From: Wallemia ichthyophaga EXF-994
Lineage: Eukaryota; Fungi; Basidiomycota
DNA length: 124,000 bases
NCBI RefSeq assembly: GCF_000400465.1
Contig: NW_008806283.1
Span: 144,001-268,000, forward strand
Direction of reading: 5' to 3'
Shown here one piece after another: positions 38,452-50,325 of this stretch (positions are counted from its first letter, which is position 1; every line of letters starts with the position of its first letter). Below the pieces are notes generated by a model. That model did not search any database, was not told the DNA's origin, and was given only the letters and a program-made list of their open reading frames with translations. The position numbers were made by a program, and so were the translations under genes.

Positions 38452-41400
38452 TTACACCCGCCGCATGTTTGCGATGTGTGTACTCAGTTCGTTGAGAATG
38501 TTTCTGTAAGTGGCCAAATCAAGCCCAGTCATCAGGGCCGATTGAAGTGAGGCTTGAAGTGCAGCTTTGCTGCCTTCTGGACATCTTAGATTCTGAATGA
38601 TAGTCGATAGTATCAAGTCTCTGTTCAACCAAAGGTTCGTATCTTCGTAGTTGAGCATAGTTGAAATGAACTTAATTAGTCGTTGCTTCAGGGTTCGCGA
38701 AAAGGTCAATCTCATTAGTATAGCGTTGAGAGGTATTGCCAAAATCTGCGATAATACGTTTGCGCCATGTTTTCCTATGAACAGACGTCAGTATGACTTC
38801 TGTCGTAGTAATCCCAACTAACTATCAGCTGAGTGCTTGATGAAGCTTTCCATTCCATCAAGAAGAGTATATGAAGCGTTCCAATGCGAAGTGATTGCTT
38901 GGTTAAGAATATTGAGTAGAGTAGTGTTGAAGAAGTTTTCTTCAGACGAACTAATGCGTAAATTTATTGACCGCGGAAAGCTTCTCAATACCGTGCATGC
39001 AAGATCAATTGAGTCACTTTGCAAGGTAAGGTTCGACTGTATGATTGTTCGTGAAATTTTGAAGACAGGGTCTAAGTAAGAGAGAACAAATAAAGAGAAG
39101 TTTTTCTCATTATTAACATCACTGGCACTTCCATCCACAGCAGCCAGCTCTCTCAAAATCTTAGTTGTGGTCTCAACACCTTCACTAAACTCGTCGCTAT
39201 CGTCCATGCCCGTCTCGTATTTGATAGATAGATAGTTTTCAAACCACATATTCAATATAGGCGCTACGTAAGTTTGTGGTAATGCTCTCAACGTACTTTC
39301 ATCGTAATCCAAACCAAGGTCCATATTTTGTATTATTGAATAGAAAATAGACAGAACATCCATTTGTATATCGATGCGTGCTTTGTAGTGCTGCTGAACT
39401 ACTCCTATCAACTGCGACAAGACATCTTTAATGAAACTGACAGTCTCTATATATGTATAGGGATCTAACGTTTCACTTAATCCAACTAGAGCATTCAAGC
39501 CCATTTTAACATTAGTAATGTATGGATGCCTCTGTGAATTGGCTCCAAATTCTGGATTTTCAATTACGTTGAGCATAACGCTTATGAAATAGAAGATACG
39601 AGACTTGTACTGGCTGGTCTGTTCAGCTTTCCTATCCATCTTACTGATGTACGTTCCACAACTCTTAACTAGCTTTTTGTCCAGCTTGTACGGCCAATCG
39701 TGCATGTTCGATAAGACAATATCAATTATGCTGCCAAAATTGATTAATGCAGGTAATGTGGGAAGACTTTCAATCGTATCAGCTAATCCTTCTACCACTT
39801 CCTCTTCAGATTTCCATTTTAGTAAAGAATGTTCGATAACCTTTTGAAATTCAACGTAAAACCCTACATTATTCAACGCTTGTAGTGGCGGAAGCGACAA
39901 GCAATCTATCAGTCCATAGGTTCGCAGATATCTTGCCCAGAAACACTTCCAAATGATGCCAGACACGTTAGGTGAGAGACCCATATCACTTGAAAATAAG
40001 GTAGTCAATTTTGCCAAACTTCTCACAAGCATTGACAAAGCAGAAACTGTTTGTTCACTGGATATGATTTGAGTTGGAATCAATGGTGTTTCTCCGATGC
40101 CCTCGTCAGCTATTATCGATCCGGCAAATAAAACTAGCGTTTGTAATCTATCGTAGTTGCAGTCTGACAGAAAGCCTGACGTTTCGATAAGCATATTGTA
40201 CATGTTCAGCTTTTCAGTGACGTTATCCAAAATTGGCAGTGATTCCATTCTGCTCAGTTGAGCTAAAGGATCCAAGATGACTTTCATTTCTGTTTCAATG
40301 TCATCTAATTCTTCTTCGAAAACTTCCTGTGAATTATCCAAGGGTGATGCTTTATTTTCCAGCCATCCTTTGGCTATCAGGGTGCACATTTCTATTGGTA
40401 TGATGATCCTGTTACTTTCCAAACTGGCTAAGATGGATAGCCAGCACGCCAAAAAATCTGCAAACGCTTCAGCTCCTTGTGATAGAGAAGCACTTCCAAG
40501 TTGGAACAACTTCTGTACATATTCCTCGCCTTTCTGTTCGAGAATAACGTTTAGATTGCGAGATTGGAGCAGAGACTTATGGCATGAGAGCTTCGTACAA
40601 ATGTCCATACATTCGGCATTTTCAAGGTAATGCACAAGGCTGAGAGACCATCCATCTTTGTCTTGTGGGTGACTGCTGCTGAAGATGGCGTTCAAAACTT
40701 TCTTCATCATAAAACCAAGTGTTTCGTTGTCAAAAGTGTTTACAGACAGGATCAGATGAAGCACTTGAGGACTGGCTAGTTGAATAAGGACGCTGATGTG
40801 CATTGAGTCAGTCGCAGTGTTGTAAATGAAATCTTTTTGGTCGTTTCGATAAAGTAAAAGCGCCTCTAATGCTGGTATGGTATACTTGATGACATTGTGG
40901 TCGTGACTGTAGGTGAGGCTGTGTAATACGATGTTTGAGAGGACGGGAAGAACGTTGTCCTAAAAGCTGGATAAGCGTTGTAAGCCCAACAAAGACGAAG
41001 CATACCTCAAATGACTTAGTTTGAAGCTCATTGTCTTCATCAAGATTAATATTTTGCTCTTCCAGGATCGCGCGGGATATACCGACAGCTGCTGAAGGTG
41101 AAGATTGTCTGATGTTATTGAGAATGACGACCAAGTTTTCTAGGCTGGTAGCTTTAACGAGGGCTAAATGCGCCTTTACTGAAACGTATACTGGTACTGC
41201 TCTATCGCTGAGAATGTAACTGAGAAGACATTGACTGATCTCGGGACTTGAATTTGGGCTGATAGTGGTTATGAGCAGCGTAAGGAGATGAAAGTGTGCG
41301 TAATATTCCTGCGAGTTCTCTGGAGTTTCTATAAATCTCTGTATATCCACTCCCACGTAACTCACCAAGTACTGCAATCGTCAACAAAGGTATCTCATTT

Positions 41401-41510
41401 GGGGACAGTGCCTCATTCATAGCCAATAATTCATTCTCGCCTTGCTGCCTAGTCCCTGGATGTGTAAATTGCTGACACGCTTGCTCAATTCTTCCAATCG
41501 CAGCATCCAT
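38452..41510 (-). CDS. Importin-beta/exportin superfamily HEAT-repeat protein (exportin-4/7-like)
   Basis: N-terminal IEQACQQFTHPGTRQQGENELL resembles an IBN_N domain; ~950 aa all-helical over several exons. Confidence 0.55.
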
Positions 41511-41601
41511 CGCGATTGCTATCTTGGTGGATCAGGTTTAACGGTTAAATATAATATACAAATTACTAAAATACATTATTTACATTACTTGTTTTGACTG
41601 C

Positions 41602-43706
41602 TTATACTTCTTCACTCTCCGTCTCAACTCCTGTCATTCGCCTTTCACGTCCTTCCATAGCAGTTCGCTCTTCAAGTCTTTGCACACTTTCCTCGACATT
41701 GCCATTGTCTTCCCGTGTCATCTCTCTTAAACGTCGAGCCCTTGCTTCACGCTTTTTCAGCTCCTTTTCAGCTTCTTCTTTGTTTGCTTTGCCATACCGT
41801 ATCTGGGTGTTTGAATCTCTTGGACGCTGCGTCTTAATCATACCTGCTTTGTTTTTTTCATCGGTCTCCTTCCTACTCTCTTGCTCTGCATCAGCTTCTT
41901 CAGACTCGGCACCCGTAGGCTCTGCAGTGAGCTCTGCGACATCTTGACCGTCCGTTTGCTTTTCAGTTGCCCCAGCTGCCTTAGATTTCTTCTCTGTGTA
42001 GCCGCCTTCAATATCGCGCTCTCTTTCAGCATCCTCAAGTACCTTCTGAGAGTCTTCACCCTTAGACTCAACGCCCTCCTTGTCTTCATGTTCAACTTCC
42101 TGTCCATCCGCTAATTCTGCTTCCTTCCCTCGAATTTGACTCTTCTCCGCAATCCTTTGCGCCCGGGCACCTTTATCAATTTTTGGTCGCTTGAACGCTG
42201 GTCTATCCTTAGCACCCGGTACATGCTTAACAACTCTAGGACGCTTTTTGAAGCTAACGTTAGTCTCTCTCCTCGACAAGGATCTTTCAACAGCAGCGGT
42301 ATTAGACCTTTGGTCAAACGCAGCAACAAGCCACCTTAGGAAGTTAGCCAGTCTGAATTCTTCAAGTGCTTCTTTATCGTTATTCCACTCGTAATCCTTG
42401 CTGAGATGCGCCGTTGGATTCACTCTGATTCTCTTCTTCTGTGAAAGATCTATGGTAATTCCACAGAGGGTGGCTTTGACTGGAATCCACCTATCTAACT
42501 GCAAACCGGTATTTCTTATAAGAACCTCCTTAATCCGTGGTAGAAGCCTCGGAATATTGTCTTCACGAGCGCCTGACTTGGCCAACTTGCTTACTTGGGT
42601 ATGAGATATTGTTATGTCGACGACGTCAATATTTTTCCCGACTTGCAGAGGCAAAGCCCATCCAACAGAAAACTCATTTTGTCTCTTAGGAAGCACGTTG
42701 TAGTACTCAGAATACCACCATGTGTTTTCGATAAAGCTGTCGATTATTTCATGACCTGTATGCAAGTTGGACTGCGACCAGACACCATTTAGCCTCCAGC
42801 CCATCCATTCTCTAAACAGCTGAACAACTTGCGAGTCCATTGCACCTTCTAGCAAGATGGGCCACTTTGCTATAGTTGGGTCATCCCTCGGGTCGTTTTC
42901 AAAGGGATCAGAACGAGGAAGAATGACAAATACGCTTGTTTTGGAAGGGTATTTTTCTTCAAGGGTTGGTACGTCGGGAAGAAGCGCCTCCTTTTTAGAG
43001 CTGACGACGCGGTCATATTGCTTATTCCTCATTTTCCTATGGTCATCGGTTTCATTTCTGTTGCGCTTATCCTCTGCGAGTTTCTTCCTATTGCATTCAT
43101 CAAGAAATTTGTCATACTCTTCGGAAGCTTGAGCTCTAGCAGCATTGGTCCATGTTTTAGGTGGTGGATCGGTGTTGTAAGAGACTTCCAAGTCGCCAGT
43201 TGTGAGGACATTAGTACCGTCGGCCGCAGTAATAGAAGGGCAAACGATATAGAACATGATAGTTCCAGGCAAAGCCATATCCAAACCTTTATTTATCTGC
43301 ACATCAATCAACTCGATTGGTACGTAATGACGTGATGAAACGAAGCTTCTAAGTGAGTGTTCCAAGTCGGAGTAGTTTATAAGGGGTGTTATATTTGCTG
43401 GGCCATAACGCTCGCTCATTTCTGATGAATCTACTCGATATTTGAATTTAGAGAGAGGCGAGAGATTGTAGATGTTGTATGCACGTGAGAGGTACGTCTC
43501 TGTGGAACGTCATTAGCGTTTATTCAGCCCACCCATATTCACGCACCTGGTGGCATCCAATTGTAGGTCGCGCGAAGCCTAGCGCGATAAGCCTTGTCGT
43601 ACGCAACCTTGGCCTCTTGATTGTCGTGATCGACGGGATCTGGGGAGTCGTACTTTTCGATAAGATGCTCGTCGTCGACGCCGCGACTAAAGTTTAAAGC
43701 TGGCAT
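41602..43706 (-). CDS. CENP-L/Fta1-like inner kinetochore protein with charged C-terminal extension, 2 exons
   Basis: Extra 5' exon (intron ~43500-43546) adds ...YLSRAYNIYNLSPLSKF; later WPILLEG...LFREWM...WALP...VDITIS...LIRNTGLQL...KKRIRV parallels the CENP-L motif order. Confidence 0.7.
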
Positions 43707-44310
43707 CGTCGCGTATTTCCAATTTCAGCAGATCCTGATGATTGTCGGTGATGAAGATAAAAATGTGCATGAAGTGTGCTTCTGTAAATTTATTTTTGTT
43801 TGTGGGTGCTTAACTAGACATTTTAGTGTTTACTGCGTATCCCAGTATATTCAGATCAGCGCGTCGTGACGAAATGGGCTTGCAGTGGCAGCGGCAGAGC
43901 TTTAGATAAATGAATTTCCTGCTCCATACTTTCTTAGTGGTTACTGCTTCGCGTTCCTCGATTTTGAATCCTTAAAATATCGAGTAAATTCTGAGACCAA
44001 TGGCAGACACCAGCTCTGAAAATATTTCCAATAAGCTAGAATAAACCATCTTTTGGTGATTATCAGAAGCAAAATTCAAAACAAAACACCTCCTTTGCTC
44101 TGAAGAAGACACCGGCATGAGGTGCAGTGAACGTTCAACATCCCTCAACGTAGCGCATAATTTATTTAAGCGATGATTATGAAACATATTCTATGCATGA
44201 AACCTGAATAAGTGGGGCGTTTGACAGCGCCAAATTTGCACTGCGGCGCTCGACCCTGTTCGGAGAAGCTAATAATAAATAAGACAGCTACCGCCACAAC
44301 TACCATCATC

Positions 44311-45632
44311 ATGTTAGTAAAGCTTCTGTGTTTAGCGCTTCTGTCGATCGCAGCAGCCGGACCGTTGCAGCGTCGTCACGGAGAGCAAATTAGAGGCGTG
44401 AGCGATGCTGGTAGCATTGAGAATGTTAGCTAACGCAAAAAAAGGTAAACATCGGTGGTTTTCTTGTCCTCGAAGCTTGGATCACTCCTTCTATCTTTGA
44501 CAACACGGGCAATCCAGACATCGTCGACGAGTGGACATTCGGCGAGTACCAGGATAGCGATCAGGCAGAGGCTGTTATTAACAGTCATCTCGACACATTC
44601 TATACCTATAGCGATTTCCAAGATATCAAAAACGCTGGTTTGACTCACGTCAGAATCCCAATTGGCTTCTGGGCATTCGAAACTCTGGACACACCATACA
44701 TCAAGGGCAACAGATATGCAAAATTACAGGAAGTCGTCGGATGGTGCCGCGATATTGGTCTCAAAGTGTGGATTGACTTACACGGTGAGTGTCTTATCTT
44801 GTCTTACTCACATGACTAAAATATAAAAGGTGCACCTGGATCCCAGAATGGTCAAGACAACTCAGGACATCTTATGGACTACTTCTTATGGCCTACGGAT
44901 CAAAGCAATATCGAAAAATCCTATTACTATATCCAGATTCTCACTGATGAATTCACCAAGCCTGAATATGGTGGCATCGTGGATGCAATAGAGCTTATGA
45001 ACGAGCCACAAGTAGCAGCACGTCCATCAATGTACGATACTGTCAAAACATACTTTCAGAACGGATATAACATAGTGTCACCTAAAACAGCTACAGCAAT
45101 TGCCGGTGGCTTTATTGAACTTGATTCTTGGAATGATTTCTTAACATATCCTGGCGCAGAAAATGTCTACATGGACACTCACAAATACCAAATTTTCTCA
45201 AACCAGCAGATCCATCAGACTGATCAACAGCGTTTAGATTCAATATGCGCGTTCAAGCAAACGTTTGCAGAGCACACGGCTAATCAACATTGGGTGATTT
45301 GCGGAGAATGGACTTTGGCTTTCACAGACTGCGCAAAATATATCAACGGTAGAGGCAACGGATCTCGATACGACGGCAGCCAACCTGGATCAACTGCCGT
45401 CGGCAGCTGTGAAGGAAAGTCAGGCAATGGAGACAACTGGAGTGAGGATTATAAAAATAGATTGCGCTACATGTGGTACACACAGATCGACACATTCGAA
45501 AATGGTGGTCGTGGCTACTTCTTCTGGACATGGAAGAACGAAGACGCTGCAGATTGGTCTTACAAGCGTCTCCTCGAACTTGGCGTCATCTCCTATGATC
45601 CAAACGATTACCAACACGGTATCTGCGGATGA
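44311..45632 (+). CDS. Secreted exo-beta-1,3-glucanase, GH5
   Basis: Signal peptide plus RR, GV(N)IGGFLVLEAWITPS, HVRIPIGFW, IDLHGAPGSQNG, acid/base NEP, nucleophile GEW; two introns. Confidence 0.95.
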
Positions 45633-45742
45633 ACAATAGATATATTTACACAGTCTCGCTGGGATAGTGTTGACTGATAAAAATATTTGTATCTCGGATC
45701 TTATATATTCTTAATAAAAAAATGTGTATCTAATATTACAAT

Positions 45743-46827
45743 CTAGGTAGCAAGGTTGACGTCGTTGAGTGCGATGGCTATTGCTGCCTTATGATGGCCG
45801 TTGTACTGCCTCACAGTGTCACCGCTAGCGAGTTCCCATAACCTCGCGGAGTGGTCTGAGGATGCAGAGACGAGATAGGCTGAGTCAGCGGAGAAAGCAG
45901 CATCCCATACCCATCTCTGATGGCCGGTGAGCACCTTTTCCAACCTGAAGTCGTAATTATGGGTCGACCAAATCTTAATCGTTGTATCGGCAGAACAAGT
46001 AGCAAGATGCCTAATGGCAATTGTCAGATTATGAGCAATTGAAAGGTATCAGCTCACTTGGTATCGGGGGAGAGTATACATTTTGTGATATACCTACTGT
46101 GAGCAGGCAGCTTCGTTATTGGAGTGAATTCTGAGGCTTCGTATTCCTGATCGGCGCGTATCTTCCAGACAAAGCAATTACCTTTGTTGTTTCCAGCGAC
46201 GAGCGAGCTGCCGTCAGAAGCAATAGTGACTGAGCGAATGGGCACGTCTTCTTCGGGTACAAGTTCATGGCTGCAGGTGTTCTCACCCAAATCCCAGACT
46301 TTAACGCTTCCAGCTTGGTCGCAGGAGATGATCTCTCCTTGGTTTGGGTGTATGACAACGTCGTTGACTGGCGATGGATGATCGAAAGCCCGCTGTACAT
46401 GAGATGTTCTGTGGATTGAGCAATGAGAAACTAAAGCTACTATTATGACTGATAAGCTCACCTCGTGTCCCAAATCTTGACTGTACCATCCTCACTACCA
46501 GTCGCAATCCACTTCCCCTCAGCCTGGAAAACGACTGCAGTAACGTTTGCAGTGTGTCCGTTAAATGATTGTATCTAAGCCAAGTAAGAAAAGCGCCGTA
46601 ATCAGATTAGAGCAGAGCCATACCGGGTTTGGGTCGCTGCTATTGATATCGTAAAGTTTTACAGAGGTATAGCCTGCGGAGGCTAGAAATTTTTTGTCTG
46701 GGCTGATAGCGAGCCTATTGACGGAATCTGAGTGGTGAATTGTCCGTGAGCATCCACCGCTCCAGGCCTCCCAGAAGCGTATCGTGCGATCGTAGCCCGC
46801 GGAGGTGAGAATAACGTCGGCGCTCAT
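45743..46827 (-). CDS. LST8: TOR complex subunit Lst8 (WD40)
   Basis: VILTSAGYDRTIRFWEAWSG, GHQRWVWDAAFSADSAYLVSASSDH; several introns. Confidence 0.95.
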
Positions 46828-47366
46828 TTCTAGTTAAATGCTAGTAAATCTGAAATGCACTGTACGTGCGAGTGATGTCAGCGGTGGAAGCGGTGAAAGT
46901 GGAGAATTGAGTGAGGGATACAAATTAATTCCTGTCAGGCTTAAGGAGGGAATTAAATAACTCAATTATCCTGTGAAATGCTTTCTCTCCACGCTGTTCG
47001 CCACCAGCCAGATACAGACTCGCAACCACACTCATGCAAGAACTTTGAGGTGGTAGTAATATGTGAAATATGCATAATGTATCGGAGAATATCCCAGAAA
47101 CTTCTCGCGCCACCTACTCACGCGTTATTACTTCTCACGCAAGTAATGATTTGGGCCTGATGCAATCGTCAGCGGATTGATAGCGGAAACCGTGCAACTC
47201 AATGGGAGACATAGAGCAAGCGTTCCCAATCGTCTGCATTACCCACATCCACCTTTAAAATTTACCCGTGGAACTACATCGGATGAACTAATTGCATGTT
47301 TTAGCGGATTCCAGGTATAAATGACGCAAATCAATTGCCGCTTTTGCTTCTCTTACTATTACCACA

Positions 47367-48537
47367 ATGATCTCCAAACTTCTCAGTTCAGCAATCATAG
47401 CCTCTTCTGCACTTGCATACCCAGCGCCCCCAGACGGTGGCGTGGGCGTTTCAGGTGACGAACTCCCTGAGTACACCCCAATGTCCGACTTTGACACCGC
47501 CAGCTTTGTCGTTGGTGTTAACCAGGAGTTCCTGGAGTTAGACCTCTTTCACAACATCCTCGCATCATTTCCAGACGAGGATTTCGAAGCTGTTGGCATT
47601 GACGCATCACAGAGATATTACATCCAAGAAATGGCTGAGCAAGAGGTTGGTCATGCAGAGATGATCAACAACATTCTCGCGTCGGTTGGACAGACCTCCC
47701 AACAGTGCTCATACAAGTACCCTTACACTACTGTGAGAGAGGCACTTGCGTTCGCAGAATACATCACTAGATTCGGTGAAGCAGGTGTCTATGGTTTCCT
47801 TCCTCATTTGGACTCTCGCCCAATCGCTCAACTTGTGAGTAGACATTGTCTTGCTAATGATTTTTCTGATGAAACATAGCTTCTCCAAAGTATCACCACT
47901 GAGGCCAAGCAAGAAGTCTCTATGGCAATGATGGCGGGTGAATTCCCACAACCATACTGGTTTAACATGGGTAGGAAAATTCTCATCCAAGGATTTTTAA
48001 GCTGATTAATTCAATACAGGTCTCACTCAAGCTATGGCTTGGAGCTTGTTGGTTCCTTACCTCGACAGCTGCCCAGAAAGCAACCCAAGAGTCGAGTTCC
48101 CAGTCTTCCCAGCTTTGAATGTCACCAACGCCAACGCGACGCTCGACACATCTATCGAATCCGCTGTCAGTAATAACTACACACACGTAGCTCAACCTGG
48201 CAGACAGCTCGAGCTGCAATGGGAGGCACCAGGTATGGCTGTTGGACCATCAGAGCAAAACTACACCACCGATAAGAACCCAGATCTTGGTGACCCATCG
48301 CACGTCGCCTTCATTCACCAACTTAATGTCACATATGCTCCACTCGAAAACATCGACACTGAGGCCATGACAGCTACCACTATCCACCCAGACTTTATGA
48401 TGTACGGCAAGGGTATGGGCGTTAATGGAACTGTCTTCATCGCAATCACCGACGAAGAAGTTCCAGTCACACCATACAACTTTAGCTTACTCAACGATCA
48501 CGTCCATGCATTTGGACCATACTTTGCAGGTATCTGA
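47367..48537 (+). CDS. Rds1-like secreted ferritin-like protein, copy 1
   Basis: Signal peptide; NQEFLELDLFH, MAEQEVGHA, ITRFGEAGVYGFLPHLDSR, AWSLLVPYL..CP..N; two introns. Confidence 0.88.
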
Positions 48538-48795
48538 GCGATTTAAGCAATTGCTGCTAGAAATCTTGATTTTATAAATCTTAAAGACACAAACTATGCT
48601 TGTATGAATTGATGAATTATTGATGGTCTCTGCGTATCTTTTTATTGGAATTAGTGAAACTTTTCTCATCTTTAACACTCATCGGGAACACCAGAGAGAG
48701 CTATTTCAGCAACTGAATAAACAACAAAGAAAGGTAATTTATAATAAAAGGTTTACAACGGCAGAATGCACGTAACTTTTTATCTAATTTGTACA

Positions 48796-50294
48796 TTATT
48801 GCTTTGGTAAATCGTTCAAGGATGTCAAAGGAGAAGGAGGATCGTGGATGTTGATCATTGGAGGCATTTGTTGAGGGAAATGAGCTTGGGCTTGGGCTTG
48901 AGCTTGAGCCTGCAATGATTGAACTAATTGAACAGAAGCAGTGGCTGAGATATTCGACATCCAAATTCGAGTTTTAAAACCTCTAAAAAGTTCTCTAACT
49001 AATTCTCTAAAGTCTATCCTTTGTTCGGAAATGAAATAAAAGGTTAATTTGCGTCTATCCCATTGGTATTCAGCGTCAATAACTTCCATTGGCAAGTTCC
49101 TTTGTTTAACTTTTGAGATACAGATTTGCAGGGCCTTTGATTCATCTTGGCGCTTAGTAATCAACAACTGAGTATCAGAAGTGGAAGCCTTGGCAAATAT
49201 TTTCTTTGGTTGGAGGTCTTTAGAGACGGTCTTGAGAGCTTCAAAAGCAGGGTTGTGATTGTTGTGGGTAGCAGAAGCAGCGGGTAATTGATGAACGGAG
49301 GATGTTGGTGAGGGAGCATCATCCAAAGGAGAAACAGATATAGAAGGTCTTGAAGTGGGCATAGAAAAGTCTGAGTGGATGGGATGAACAGACTGCCCAG
49401 ATTGAGAAAATTGGAATTGGTTCAAGTCTTCGATAGTGAGGGAGTCATTTGTAACTTTACCAAGATCCTTGCCCCTGTCAGCTTCAACAATGACGAGGTC
49501 ACCAAAGTGTATATTCGAAGAGAGGGAAGTGTCTAGAGAGTAAAATAAGTCGGACCTTTAAAGTGGGGTTAGTGACGACATAGAAAAAAGGAAAGAACGA
49601 ACCTCGCAGCCTTGAATTCAACGATGAAGAGGGTAGTAAGGGGAGGAATGCTAGACGTGGGAGTGCCTTTGCCGAGATCATTGAGACTTGACTGCGGTTG
49701 CTGGGTCTGAGACTGAGACTGGGATTGAACGTCAAAAGGGAAAAATCTTGGCTGTGTGGGAGAAGAGAGAGGAAGAGGAGGCAAGTTGAAAAAGTGCGCA
49801 GGAGGATGGTTTTGAATTGGGGAGAGTTTGGGGAGGATTTGGTTGAAAGGATTTCTTTGGTTGAGCTCGAGACCAAGCGCGCTGTTGTCTAAAGGTTGTA
49901 GACTTGGGGGGAATTGAGAAGAGAGGGGGGAAGACTGAGAAGCAAAGTCAAATCTGGAGCCCCGCCTTTCGTTGTTCAAGTTGAAGTTGTCGGAGGATGA
50001 TTTGTGGGTGATCGTTGGGGATGACGAGTGGGGGTCTGGAGCTGCAACTTGACCTGGACCTGGACCTGGACCTGGAGCCACGTAAGAAGATCTATGCTTG
50101 TTTATTGGCTCGTCATTCAAATTCAAATTAAAAAAGTCGAGCTCAGTCGTGTTGGCCAGCGTGGGTCTTCTGTACGAATCTTGAGAAGGCTGCGTCGGGC
50201 TATCGATCATAGAATGCCTCCTCAAAGAAATATCATCGATTAATAAATTTTTATTATTAAATGGAGATTTGTTTGAAATATCATTCTCAGCCAT
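48796..50294 (-). CDS. PSP1 C-terminal domain protein
   Basis: LFIVEFKAAR, VIVEADRGKDLGKV, MEVIDAEYQWDRRKLTFYF, RIDFRELVRELFRGFKTRIWM; two introns. Confidence 0.9.
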
Positions 50295-50325
50295 ACTCGT
50301 TTGTTACCAACGATAGCTGCTGTCA

